Origin: Candidatus Bathyarchaeota archaeon
GTDB lineage: Archaea > Thermoproteota > Bathyarchaeia > Bathyarchaeales > Bathycorpusculaceae
NCBI GenBank assembly: GCA_963717465.1
Contig: OY970340.1
Span: forward strand, 704,001 to 768,000
Length of the DNA: 64,000 bases
Reading direction: 5' to 3'
This document shows positions 52,604 through 62,706 of the stretch, piece after piece. Within the stretch, counting starts at the first letter, position 1. Every line of letters starts with the position of its first letter. A program made the position numbers and the translations under genes. Below the pieces are notes generated by a model that saw only the letters and a list, made by a program, of their open reading frames with translations, had not been told where the DNA came from and searched no databases.

Positions 52604-52818
52604 GTTTTTCCCATATTACTAAGCTAATACACTCAAACTTTTATTTTAATGTAAAAGACTGCCCCAAAACATCTTTACGTGCGTCAGCTTTTTTAACTGC
52701 TTCTTCAGGGCTTATGCGCTTTTTTCATCTTATTTTAATGATTTTCTAACAAAATTTTTAGTGGGCGCATCAAACGATTTAAATAATAGTTTTGGAATAA
52801 ACCCAAAGGGAGATAAAA

Positions 52819-53061
52819 ATGAGCTCGCCTGAAGAAAAAATAATAAAGAAAATAAATGCACATATGAAGCAAGAACGGGGGAGAGTAAGATTCCAAAGTC
52901 TATCCCTGCTCATGATGGAAGTCACCATGGACGACTTATTCACCATACTTAAAAAGATGAAAACAGAAGGATCAATAACTTTCGGAGACGAAAACGGTCC
53001 AACCTCAGAAGTCCCCGCACTTCCAACACCAGCCTTATACGTTTACAGCACAAATAAGTAA
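52819..53061 (+). CDS. small hypothetical protein
   Basis: ATG with GGGAG RBS and TATA-like TTTAAATA upstream; T-rich tract downstream. Confidence 0.55.
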   Translation: MSSPEEKIIKKINAHMKQERGRVRFQSLSLLMMEVTMDDLFTILKKMKTEGSITFGDENGPTSEVPALPTPALYVYSTNK

Positions 53062-53292
53062 AATAGGTCTCCACTAGAGCGCGTTCTTCCACGCTCCTTT
53101 CTTATCATTTTTTTTATTGCCAAAACATAACCTAAACTGTTATTTTTTGCCGCAGTCTCATTACTGGAAGCAAGCACAAAGCAAAAAAAAGCCGTTATTT
53201 GAGCAATAAATGGTAATTCTTAGGCAAATGAGTAAACTCGTCCAAAATGGTTTTACTTCACCACAATAGAATATTTATCAAGTGAAGTTGAA

Positions 53293-54162
53293 GTGCCGTT
53301 AATCACTAGTTTCGACCCTTGGCGTAGTGGTCTTTGTACTTGTCCAATCAAACTTACTTTTAACCCTTATACTGGCTGCGACCACAAATGTGTCTACTGC
53401 TATGCATCAAGCTACATCCGCAACTTCACTGATTGCCACCCAAAAAAGGACATTTACGAAGCCCTCAAACGTGAAGCAACAAAACTTAATGGAGAAATAA
53501 TCTCCATATCGAACTCTTCTGATCCTTACCCGAAAATTGAAGTTTCAATCGGGCATACACGGAAATGTCTTCAAATCCTTTCAAAAAGTGATTGCAAAAT
53601 CCAAATAATAACAAAAGGCGATATTGTTACGCGAGATGTTGATTTGCTACTTGATGTTCCTTCAACAGTTGCGTTAACAGTAATAACCGACGATGATTCA
53701 ATCGCTAAAATTCTTGAGCCAGAAGCACCCTCACCAACTCAGCGCATAAGTGCTGCTCAAAACCTTATAAAAAAAGGAATTCCCGTCTCAGTGCGCATTG
53801 ACCCAATAATTCCATTCGTTAATGATAACCAAGAAAAACTTGTTGCTGCACTGTCAAGCATCGGTGTTACGCATATAACAAGCTCAACCTACAAGGTTAA
53901 ACCAGACAATTGGAGGCGTCTTTGCACGGCGTTGCCTAAAGCAGCTGAAAAATTGAAGCCGCTTTATTTTCAACAAGGCGAAAAAGTCGGCGGCAACATG
54001 CTTTTGCCAAGAGACTTGCGGTTTAAACTGTTGAAAAACATTCGTGACTTAGCCGACTTGCACGGCATTAAATTTGGCGTTTGCAGAGAAGGCATACCTA
54101 AACTTAACACAGCATCCTGTGATGGTTCATGGTTAATCCATAAGAAACGGTTGGAAGCCTGA
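53293..54162 (+). CDS. spore photoproduct lyase (SplB)-like radical SAM protein
   Basis: FNPYTGCDHKCVYCYA, SNSSDPYP, ITKG, LEP.APSP..R, VRIDPIIP. Confidence 0.85.
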   Translation: MPLITSFDPWRSGLCTCPIKLTFNPYTGCDHKCVYCYASSYIRNFTDCHPKKDIYEALKREATKLNGEIISISNSSDPYPKIEVSIGHTRKCLQILSKSDCKIQIITKGDIVTRDVDLLLDVPSTVALTVITDDDSIAKILEPEAPSPTQRISAAQNLIKKGIPVSVRIDPIIPFVNDNQEKLVAALSSIGVTHITSSTYKVKPDNWRRLCTALPKAAEKLKPLYFQQGEKVGGNMLLPRDLRFKLLKNIRDLADLHGIKFGVCREGIPKLNTASCDGSWLIHKKRLEA

Positions 54163-54167
54163 AAATC

Positions 54168-55269
54168 ATGCAAGCCCGTGTTATCATGCTGGTTGACTTC
54201 GATTACTTCTTTGCGCAATGCGAGGAACTTCGAAACCCAGCTTTGAAAGAAAAACCCGTAGTTGTCGGAGTCTATTCAGGTCGCACGGAAGATAGTGGCG
54301 CCGTAAGCACCAGCAATTACATTGCTCGAGAATATGGCGTTAAATCAGGGATGCCCCTGTTCTTGGCAAAGCGAAAACTTGAAGGCAAAGACGCAGTTTT
54401 CTTGCCAGTTGACCATACCTATTATGAACAAATAAGCGGAAAAATAATGGGGTCGTTACGAGGCTTTGCTGAGGCGTTTGAGCAGGTAAGCATAGACGAA
54501 GCTTACCTTGATGTATCATCGAAAGTCCAATGCAGTTTTGAAAATGCACGAATTCTTGCTCAAAAAATGAAAAATGAAATCAAGGGTCAGCTAAGGATAT
54601 CTTTTTCGGTTGGTATTGGGTCTAACAAGCTCTTGGCTAAAATTGCATGTGACAGCCAAAAACCAGACGGCTTAACCGTTGTCACTCCGCAGGAAATTCA
54701 TGATTTTCTTTCGCCCTTGCCCGTTGACAGATTGCTCGGTGTTGGAAAAAAGATTAGTGCTAAGAATGGCAGAATTAAGCATTAAAACAATCGGCGACTT
54801 GGCAAATTATGATGTGCAGATTCTAGTGGATGTCTTCGGAAAAACGTTAGGCGTTTACTTCCATAATGCCGCTAACGGCGTTGACGATGAACCTGTGGTG
54901 GAGCAAGGGGAAGCTGAATCCATCAGTAGAATAGCCACTCTAAAAAGCGATACACACGACCTCGCGTTTATTTTGCAGAAAACTGACCAGCTTGCTAACG
55001 AAATCGGTAAGGAACTTATGCAGAAGGACCTGAGTTACAAGCAAGTCACAATTATAGCCATCCTGACTGATTTAAGCACGAAAAGCCGTTCAGTAACACT
55101 TGAACATGCCACTAAAGATGCTGAAATAATCATGCACTCGGTAAGGTTGCTTCTTGAAAAGTTTCTGGGTGAATCAACACTTGATATCCGCAGGATAGGC
55201 GTAAAAGTCTCAGGTTTTTGCAAAGAAGAAAAAGGACAAAAACAGCTAACAAGTTTTTTTTCGAAGTAA
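54168..55269 (+). CDS. dinB: DNA polymerase IV (Y family, Dbh/Dpo4-like), one frameshift near 54760
   Basis: VDFDYFFAQCEE, SNY.AR.YGVKSGMP, SIDEAYLD, NKLLAKIA, KPDG, little-finger IRRIGV. Confidence 0.93.
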
Positions 55270-55330
55270 ATAATTACTTTTCAGAAAACTTTTTTTCGAA
55301 GGAAAACAAGATTTCTAGAGGTTTTTACAT

Positions 55331-55924
55331 TTGTCTTCTGAAAATCAAAATAGTCTACCTCCTAACCAGACAGAAATAAAACGACTTTTACGCTGGGGGA
55401 AAGATCATCCTGGAATAAAATCAGCCACGCCACAATTAAAACTTGAAACATACCAATTAACCATCGATGGAGAAGTGCAAAATCCAGTGCGGCTTAAATG
55501 GGCTGACTTCTTAGCGTTGCCTCAGTCAGTGTCTGTGAGCGATTTTCACTGTGTCGAAAGTTGGAGCGTTAAAAACCTCAAATGGGAAGGAGTTCGCATT
55601 AGAGATATAGAAAAGCTCGTTAAGCCCTTAGACGTGGCAAAAGCTGTTACTTTTGAATCCGCAGACTCCTACAAAACTTCACTTTACCGCAATGAACTAT
55701 CAGGCGACGACGTTTTATTAGCCTACAAACTTAACGACGAGGTACTTGAGGAAGGGTACGGCTTTCCAGTGCGACTAGTTGTACCATCCAAATATGCCTA
55801 CAAAAGTGCCTTGTGGGTTATTGCTTTACATTTTACTCGTGATAAAGAATTGGGTTACTGGGAGAAACGCGGATACAGCGACAGCGCTGACGTCTGGAAG
55901 AACGACCGTTACAAACGATCATAA
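55331..55924 (+). CDS. sulfite-oxidase-family molybdopterin-binding oxidoreductase
   Basis: LPPNQ, DFHCVESWS, WEGV, GFPVRLVVP.KYAYKSA.W, GYWEKRGYS. Confidence 0.88.
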   Translation: MSSENQNSLPPNQTEIKRLLRWGKDHPGIKSATPQLKLETYQLTIDGEVQNPVRLKWADFLALPQSVSVSDFHCVESWSVKNLKWEGVRIRDIEKLVKPLDVAKAVTFESADSYKTSLYRNELSGDDVLLAYKLNDEVLEEGYGFPVRLVVPSKYAYKSALWVIALHFTRDKELGYWEKRGYSDSADVWKNDRYKRS

Positions 55925-56031
55925 AGCCCTCATGCAAAACAATGGGTAAAACCAAACATGTCCGCTTTTTATTTTCAGTTTAACTGTTTATATGCCTGTT
56001 TCTGGAATCAATCGTAATAGAGGTTAAACTC

Positions 56032-56478
56032 TTGGATTTCACAGAAGCAAAGTTGGGTAAAATCTTTATTCTCAGATTGCGTGATGGAGAAAGATTGCAC
56101 GAGGTTATAGAATCCTTTGCTCAAAAACAAAAAATCAAAAGCGCATTGTGCTTTTTTTTAGGCGGGGCACAAGATAAAAGCAAAGTTGTCGTAGGACCAA
56201 AAGAAGGCAACGCTATGCCCCCAAATCCAATGGTGACTCTATTGAAAGGAGTACATGAAGCGTGCGGTGTGGGCACAATTTTCCTAAATGAAGCCGGAGA
56301 ACCCAAACTGCATATGCACGCAAGCTTCGGAAGAAACGATAACGCAGTCACAGGCTGTGTTAGAATGGGCGTTGACGTCTGGCAAATTGGCGAAGCCGTA
56401 ATTCTGGAGTTATCCGGCGCTTCGGCTAAAAGAGTAAAAGATAAGCGCTCTGGTTTTGAAGTTTTAGAAACTTCCTAA
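56032..56478 (+). CDS. PPC/DUF296 domain protein
   Basis: GKIFILRL.DGE, GTIF, PKLHMHASFG motif. Confidence 0.85.
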   Translation: MDFTEAKLGKIFILRLRDGERLHEVIESFAQKQKIKSALCFFLGGAQDKSKVVVGPKEGNAMPPNPMVTLLKGVHEACGVGTIFLNEAGEPKLHMHASFGRNDNAVTGCVRMGVDVWQIGEAVILELSGASAKRVKDKRSGFEVLETS

Positions 56479-56621
56479 GCGCCTTAATTCTTTGGGAATT
56501 ACATTTTTTAAAATCCAAATATTTTCAATAAAAATTCAGTTATTTTGCCAGAATTTCTTTTTTGCTAAATAGTTATTCTTTTATATTTCTTTGGTCCCAG
56601 AAAAGGGAACGGGGTGAAGGG

Positions 56622-56897
56622 TTGACGAGCATTAGAAAACGCTTAGACAACGTCTTAAATGAGCTGTCAAACTTAGGCAGAGAGCCTGACGAAAAGGCGT
56701 GCGGTAATATTGCAGCTGAATTAGCTATCATTAGAGGAGCCTTTAAGGAATCATATCAGTTTCCTGTTTGCTGTTTTACTTATGATGCTAACGGTAAAGT
56801 CATCTGTGACATGAACGGTCCATTTGCAATCGAAGAATTCATGAATAAATGCAGACTTTGTCAAGCCCAAATTAAAGAAATTCTTACGATTCTCTAA
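56622..56897 (+). CDS. Cys-rich hypothetical protein
   Basis: TTG start after GGGGTGAAGG RBS; six Cys including CC and CxxC. Confidence 0.55.
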   Translation: MTSIRKRLDNVLNELSNLGREPDEKACGNIAAELAIIRGAFKESYQFPVCCFTYDANGKVICDMNGPFAIEEFMNKCRLCQAQIKEILTIL

Positions 56898-57069
56898 GGG
56901 AAATTATCTCGAAAATAAGGAAAATTCCTTCAAGCCTATGGAAAATCCGGAAAATACCGGAACGCGTCTTCTAATTTATGTTTATTTGCCTACTGCTTTT
57001 GTTATGGTCAGATTACAATCACACAAGTTTAAGCGTTAATTTTACTTTAAATTTTTTAGGTGATTTTAA

Positions 57070-57339
57070 ATGGAAAAATATCTAGTTTTTGTAAAATTGC
57101 ACCCATCCAAAACTGAGCCATTCTTTAATTCTTTAAACGCACTTGATAAGGAGCCGATGGAAGGAGTCAAAGTTATTGCCACTTACAACGTTTTTGGAAA
57201 TTGGGACTTCGCCGTATGGTTCGAAGCCGACAGCAATGATAACGCTTTGCATTTCGTCGGTGACATGATCAGGCCAATGGAGGGCATCATAGAAACTTCA
57301 ACGATGCCGACAAGCCTAATAAAAGAATACAAAATGTAA
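57070..57339 (+). CDS. Lrp/AsnC ligand-binding (GYD-like) domain protein
   Basis: Y.VFG.WD..V.FEA and IR...GI.ET.T pattern; GGTGA RBS. Confidence 0.75.
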   Translation: MEKYLVFVKLHPSKTEPFFNSLNALDKEPMEGVKVIATYNVFGNWDFAVWFEADSNDNALHFVGDMIRPMEGIIETSTMPTSLIKEYKM

Positions 57340-57475
57340 AATACACCCTTTTTTCTTTAAACCACTTTTGCAAAGTGCACGAACGTTTTTGACGATTAGC
57401 TTAACCTTCCGTCTTTTTGAATCGAAGTAAATGAGAATGTCTCTTTCATACTTCGTCTTTTTTTGAGGCTCGCAC

Positions 57476-58156
57476 TTGAATAAAAAACCAGAGAAAAACC
57501 AGATTCAACTGTGCGATCTGTTAAAGCAGTTTGGCATGCTTTACTCTGAAGAGCTTGGAATAGACGTTGAGAGAGACCCGTTTAAGTGGTTTTTGGCTTC
57601 ATTTCTTTTTGGAGCAAGAATTTCGGCAACGATAGCTAAGAATACTTACAAGATTTATGAACGCGAAGGACTGACGACTCCAAAGAAACTTGCGTTGGCT
57701 GACCTGATGGTTTTGATTCGAATTCATGGGAAAGGCGGTTATGGTCACTATGATGGCGTTACAGCAAGATACGTTAATGCAATAGCGAATAAACTCTTGG
57801 CAGATTACGGTGGAAAAATCACTGAACTAGACAAGCGGAGCAAAAGTCCGACTGAGCTAGAAGCTAGGCTATTAGAATTCAAAGGCATTGGACCTGTTAG
57901 GGCACAGATTTTTCTTAGGGAACTTAGAGGCGTCTGGAATAACGCTGACCCACAGCTAACTGCAATGGAGATTTCAACCGCTAGACATCTAAAGATAATA
58001 GATTCTGACTTTGAAGCTTTGGAAAAGCTCAAAGATTTTTGGCGAAAGAACGCGGTTAAAGGTTTTGATTTTCGAAATTTTGAGAGTGCACTTGTAAGGT
58101 ATGGGTTGAAATTGCGAAGAAGAAAAATCATCAAAGAGCTAGAAATAACTTTGTAG
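57476..58156 (+). CDS. helix-hairpin-helix (HhH-GPD-like) hypothetical protein
   Basis: YSEELGID, FKWFLASFLFGARIS..IA, L.EFKGIGPV..QIFLRELR.VW. Confidence 0.75.
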   Translation: MNKKPEKNQIQLCDLLKQFGMLYSEELGIDVERDPFKWFLASFLFGARISATIAKNTYKIYEREGLTTPKKLALADLMVLIRIHGKGGYGHYDGVTARYVNAIANKLLADYGGKITELDKRSKSPTELEARLLEFKGIGPVRAQIFLRELRGVWNNADPQLTAMEISTARHLKIIDSDFEALEKLKDFWRKNAVKGFDFRNFESALVRYGLKLRRRKIIKELEITL

Positions 58157-58157
58157 G

Positions 58158-58269
58158 CGCCGGGAGGGGGATTTGAACCCCCGTGGCCCCGAGAGGCCAC
58201 AAGCTGATTGGTGCTTTTTATATGTAAGCATCTCCAGGCTTGCTCCCTGCCTGGCTAGGAGACCCCGGC
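58158..58269 (-). tRNA. tRNA-Ser(GGA) with 26-nt canonical intron (58206-58231)
   Basis: reverse complement GCCGGGG...CAAGC CT GGA G[intron]A GCTTG, long variable arm, GGGGG TTCAAAT CCCCC, TCCCGGC G; intron helix TGCT/AGCA. Confidence 0.92.
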
Positions 58270-58471
58270 ATTACTAGTCTGGGTGCATTTCTTTTCTGAG
58301 ATTAAATACATAAAGGTTTACTGTTTTTCGATTTATACTTGTGTGTTTGTTTGGACTTTTGATATTGTTAACGATGATTAGTGTTTATAAACGAGGCAAA
58401 AATTATATATGTTGGCAGACAAATAAGCACCTAAAGTAAGCCAAATAATCTGTAAGTCGTAAATAGAAAGG

Positions 58472-59464
58472 GTGGGCTTTTCAACGAAGCGAATAATAGT
58501 TACAGGTGTTGGTGGAGCAGCGGGTATCTCGATACTTTTAAGTCTCAAACGAAGCAATGATTACTACGTAATAGGTGTCGATTCAGACCCGTATGCCACT
58601 GGTCAATTCTTAGCCAGCGCTTTTCATGTTCTGCCAAAAGCAGATGATCCACTTTTCATCCCGTCGCTTCTTAACCTTTCACAAGGATGCGACGCCATGT
58701 TTTGCACTGTAGACGAAGAGATACCCAAAATAAACAGTGAAAAAAAAGCCTTTGGTTGCAAGATTTTTCTTTCAGAAACTGAATCAGTGGAAGCATGCTT
58801 GAACAAACTAAAATCTGCTCAGTTGATGAAAGCAAATAATATTCCAGTGCCGCAAACTTGGGCTTATGAAAAACGAGCGTCAGCTGTAAGAAAGATTGGT
58901 TTTCCATTAATTGTCAAACCAGTCATGGGCCGAGGCGGAAAAGATGTATTTAAAGTTTCTAATTTAAATGCACTTACTGCTGTCAGTTATTTGGTTCAGA
59001 AAAAATTATTAGTGCAAGAATACTTGCCTGAACCTGAATACACGGTTGACGTCCTTGCAAATGAACATTCGCAATTAAGAAAAATCGTGGCAAGAGAACG
59101 AGTTAGAGTAAAAGCTGGTGTTGCAACTGTTAGCAGGGTTGTTGATCCTCAGCCATTTATTGGGCCTGTCAAGCGTATTCTTGCCACATTTGGTTTGAAG
59201 TACATTTTCATGGTTCAATTTAGGTCTAATCCAGTCCAAGTCATAGAAATTGGTCCCAGACCCGCTGGAACACTAATTCTCTCCACCGAAGCCAATGTAA
59301 ACATGCCTCTCATGCTTTTAGAGAACACTTATGATAACAACTTAACGGTTCCATACCAATCCGATGTTTGGTACTACAGGCTAAATCAAGGAATAGTATT
59401 TAAAAGATCAATTCCAACGCCTGTAGCAAATCCCGAGTTATCTCCAAAGGTTGATTTATCATGA
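58472..59464 (+). CDS. ATP-grasp domain protein (CarB-like, glycan-cluster type)
   Basis: VTGVGG, IGVDSDP, CLNKL, FPLIVKPV.GRGG, LVQEYL..EYTVD, IEIGPR. Confidence 0.85.
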   Translation: MGFSTKRIIVTGVGGAAGISILLSLKRSNDYYVIGVDSDPYATGQFLASAFHVLPKADDPLFIPSLLNLSQGCDAMFCTVDEEIPKINSEKKAFGCKIFLSETESVEACLNKLKSAQLMKANNIPVPQTWAYEKRASAVRKIGFPLIVKPVMGRGGKDVFKVSNLNALTAVSYLVQKKLLVQEYLPEPEYTVDVLANEHSQLRKIVARERVRVKAGVATVSRVVDPQPFIGPVKRILATFGLKYIFMVQFRSNPVQVIEIGPRPAGTLILSTEANVNMPLMLLENTYDNNLTVPYQSDVWYYRLNQGIVFKRSIPTPVANPELSPKVDLS

Positions 59465-60069
59465 ATGTGCTCGTGGTAGCTCCTCACGCCGACGATGCAG
59501 AAATAATGTGCGGCGGAACAATTGTTCATCACATTAGAAACGGCGATAAAGTAACTTTCTTGATTCTCTGCAGTGAATACCTCAATGCTCCAAGCTCACT
59601 AAGACAAGCTGAAGCAAAAGAAAGTGTAAGAAGGCTTGGTGTAAATGAACTTGCCTTTGGAGGGCTAACGGACGGCAGCATCACTGACACCTCAAGCACC
59701 GTTTCCGTTATTGATGAATATATCAAAAAAACCAAGGCAAACCTAATCTACACAACCAGCACAAAAGATAGGCATCAGGATCACAGAAATACGTGCAGGG
59801 CAGTCGAATCTGCAGCCCGCCATGACGTAAACCTTCTCTCATGCGAAATGCCATCGGGCAGTCAAAACTTCTTTCCAACCTTTTTCGTTGACATTTCTGA
59901 TTCAATAAAAGAAAAAATTAATGCTATCGAAGCGCATGTCTCTCAGAACAATGGTCACTCCATAGTGACATCCGTTATTGAAACAATGGCAAAATTCAGA
60001 GGCTCACAAGTTTACACTGAGTATGCAGAAGCATTCGAACCTATACATTACTTAATTAGGCGATTCTAA
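59461..60069 (+). CDS. PIG-L/LmbE family deacetylase
   Basis: APHADDAE..CGGT, HQDH, AH.SQ, AEAF. Confidence 0.9.
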   Translation: MNVLVVAPHADDAEIMCGGTIVHHIRNGDKVTFLILCSEYLNAPSSLRQAEAKESVRRLGVNELAFGGLTDGSITDTSSTVSVIDEYIKKTKANLIYTTSTKDRHQDHRNTCRAVESAARHDVNLLSCEMPSGSQNFFPTFFVDISDSIKEKINAIEAHVSQNNGHSIVTSVIETMAKFRGSQVYTEYAEAFEPIHYLIRRF

Positions 60070-61247
60070 CGAAAGTAGCTTGCGTTTTCGGAACTAGACC
60101 TGAAATCATAAAGTTTGCGCCAATAATATGGGCAGCAAAAGATTACCAAGAAATTAACCTGCTACTAATACACACAGGTCAACACTATGACTACTCGCTT
60201 AGCGACACTTTCATAAAGGATTTCAACCTTCCCCAGGCTAATTACAACCTCGGAGTTGGCTCTAATTCATCTGTAAGACAGATAGCTCAATCAATTGTTA
60301 AACTAGAAGAAGTACTTTTATGCGAAAAACCCGATGTGCTTCTGATTCAAGGTGACACGAATACTGTTCCTGCGGCAGCACTCGTATCTAGAAATCTGGG
60401 TATTCCCTTATGCCATGTTGAGGCTGGTCTAAGATCATTCAATGAAAGAAGTTGGGAAGAAATCAACCGAAGAATCGCTGACGTCTGTGCACTTTACCAT
60501 TTTGCACCAACTGAATTTGCACGCGCAATCTTGAGGCGACAAGGGATCGATGAAGAAAGAATTTTTGTCACTGGCAATACCATTGTAGATGTAATAGAAA
60601 GAATGCGTAAAAGGCTCTTTATTCCAGAGTTTTTAAAAAAATTTAGTAAGTCTAAAACTGTTCTAATTACAATTCATCGTGCTGAGAACACTGATACAAA
60701 AAACTTGCTTGAAATAATTTCCGCCGTTGAAAAAATAAGTGAAACGTGCAATGTTGTACTTCCGCTTCATCCAAGGGCACGATTGAAAATTGAAGGTGCT
60801 AATCTATTAGGGCGACTTAATCAAGATAGTGTTCTCATAACTGAACCTCTTGATTACGTTACCTTCATTAGTGTTATGGTAAATGTTGATTTGATAATAA
60901 CCGATTCGGGAGGCGTTCAAGAAGAAGCAGCCATATTAGGAAAGCCCACAATTACAACTAGACCGAGTACTCCTCGTTGGGAAACTCTTTTTGAAGGAAA
61001 CAATAGCCTAGCAAACCCGACGAGTGCATCAATTCTTGATGCTTTCACTCTAGCCATCGAAGAAAACAAGCAAAAAAAATCTTCACCAAATCCATATCTA
61101 TTCGGAGAACCTGGAGCGGGGAAAAGAATTGTAAAAATTCTGCTTGATCTCTGCAAGGCTGCAAAATTAGAATATCCATCGCCGGATTTTGCCGGTAAAT
61201 CGTCAGAGCAAATTTTAGATGAATTATGGCGACATGTTAAATGCTGA
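60069..61247 (+). CDS. wecB: UDP-N-acetylglucosamine 2-epimerase (non-hydrolysing); apparent start codon is ACG
   Basis: frame open from 60060; KVACVFGTRPEIIK, HTGQHYD, QGDTNT, HVEAGLRS, EEINR, TDSGGVQEEA. Confidence 0.88.
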   Translation, partial: TKVACVFGTRPEIIKFAPIIWAAKDYQEINLLLIHTGQHYDYSLSDTFIKDFNLPQANYNLGVGSNSSVRQIAQSIVKLEEVLLCEKPDVLLIQGDTNTVPAAALVSRNLGIPLCHVEAGLRSFNERSWEEINRRIADVCALYHFAPTEFARAILRRQGIDEERIFVTGNTIVDVIERMRKRLFIPEFLKKFSKSKTVLITIHRAENTDTKNLLEIISAVEKISETCNVVLPLHPRARLKIEGANLLGRLNQDSVLITEPLDYVTFISVMVNVDLIITDSGGVQEEAAILGKPTITTRPSTPRWETLFEGNNSLANPTSASILDAFTLAIEENKQKKSSPNPYLFGEPGAGKRIVKILLDLCKAAKLEYPSPDFAGKSSEQILDELWRHVKC

Positions 61248-62695
61248 AAGCTGTAGTTTTTGACCTTGATGACACGCTCTATGATCAATATGAATATCTT
61301 GCAAGTGCTTTTCGAGAATCAGCCAAGTATCTCAGTGCCAGATTGAATTTTAATGAGAATTACCTGTTGGACAGGTTGCTGGAAATATCGCGAACTATAG
61401 GAAGTGATTCAGGAAAAATCATAGATGCACTTATCCAGTCCTTAGGCGAAAACTTGTATGAAAAAGAACTTGCTGACGGAGCTGTCAATTCTTTCTTATC
61501 TTATCGCCCTGCCAAACTAGAAACATACGATGGCGTAAGAAATGTTCTTGAGAGTTTGAAAGCCAAGAATTTTAAAATCGGAGTCTTGACTGATGGAAGA
61601 AGAGAGATACAGATATCAAAGCTGCAAGCTTTATCTATAATTCATTATTTTGATGCTATAGTTACTTCTGATGATTATGGCAGGGAAAAACGTCGACCCG
61701 CCCCCTTCACGTACCATTTGATCTTGCGTAAACTTGAAGTTAAACCCCAAGAATGCGCTTTTGTTGCAGATAATCCGAAAAAAGATTTTATCACAGCAAA
61801 AAAAATTGGGATAATAACCATAAGAACATTAACGGGTGAGTACCAGAACCTGTCTCTTGTAGAAGAGTATGAGGCAGAATATACTATAAACCAAATTCAA
61901 GAATTAATAACAAAAATAAATGTAATAAATAAAATCTCTTTAAGAAAATATTATGAAGAAGTTGGGTCATTCGAAGAAAAAACTTCTACATACGAATCGA
62001 TACTTCCTTCCAAGCAATTTTTTTTCAAAGAACGGTTAAAAACGACTCTAAAAATAGTAAGCAATTTTGAATCGCCTTTCTTAAACATTGGTTGTGGACT
62101 AGGTGTCTATGAAGAAAAAATCAATTTAGAAACAGTTTCAATCGACATTTCCAAGACTTTTCTCAATAAAGCCAAGAAATCAAACAAACAATTAATTGCT
62201 AAGAAAAGCACGAGTTTTATCCAAGCAGACGTAGCTATGTTGCCTTTTAAAGAAGGCGCATTCAAATCTGTACTCTGTTCAGAAGTTATTGAGCATCTTC
62301 CAGATCCTCCATCTGCCTTTAGTGAAATAAGAAGGGTCGCTAAAAACTCATGCCAATGTGTTATTTCAATACCTTCTCCGTACTCATTCGCGGAAAAAGA
62401 AAGACGCAGCCGGTTAAATAAGAACGGTAAATTCAATGATCATATCAGCCTTTTTACCCCAATGAATTTGCGAGAAACATTAAAAGTCAACAACATGAAA
62501 ATAAGCAACGTTAGGTCTACTTTTTTCTTTCCACCTTTCTCTATAGATTTCTTTAACAGGAATCCCAAACTCTTGAGGCTATTCTTGGTTCAGAATATTC
62601 TTGGGCGATTGCCTATAGTGAGGTATCTGGGCTGGTGCTTGATTTATTCTTTGAAACCCACTAAACGCAAAACTGATAAAGCAAAAATTGACTAG
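61241..62695 (+). CDS. HAD-superfamily hydrolase fused to a class I SAM-dependent methyltransferase
   Basis: N-terminal FDLDDTLY, LTDG, VADN..KD; C-terminal LNIGCGLG, QADV..LPF..G.F..VLCSEVIEHL. Confidence 0.8.
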   Translation: MLKAVVFDLDDTLYDQYEYLASAFRESAKYLSARLNFNENYLLDRLLEISRTIGSDSGKIIDALIQSLGENLYEKELADGAVNSFLSYRPAKLETYDGVRNVLESLKAKNFKIGVLTDGRREIQISKLQALSIIHYFDAIVTSDDYGREKRRPAPFTYHLILRKLEVKPQECAFVADNPKKDFITAKKIGIITIRTLTGEYQNLSLVEEYEAEYTINQIQELITKINVINKISLRKYYEEVGSFEEKTSTYESILPSKQFFFKERLKTTLKIVSNFESPFLNIGCGLGVYEEKINLETVSIDISKTFLNKAKKSNKQLIAKKSTSFIQADVAMLPFKEGAFKSVLCSEVIEHLPDPPSAFSEIRRVAKNSCQCVISIPSPYSFAEKERRSRLNKNGKFNDHISLFTPMNLRETLKVNNMKISNVRSTFFFPPFSIDFFNRNPKLLRLFLVQNILGRLPIVRYLGWCLIYSLKPTKRKTDKAKID

Positions 62696-62706
62696 GAGCT
62701 TGAAAG

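Noticed and set aside
54679..54785. Programmed ribosomal frameshifting in dinB or other split genes
   Set aside because: Indels are numerous and scattered across unrelated genes with no shared slippery site or stimulatory structure; sequencing error is more parsimonious
58472..59464. ATP-grasp protein as PylC or carbamoyl-phosphate synthase
   Set aside because: Single ATP-grasp unit in a sugar-modification operon with no pylB/pylD or carA nearby
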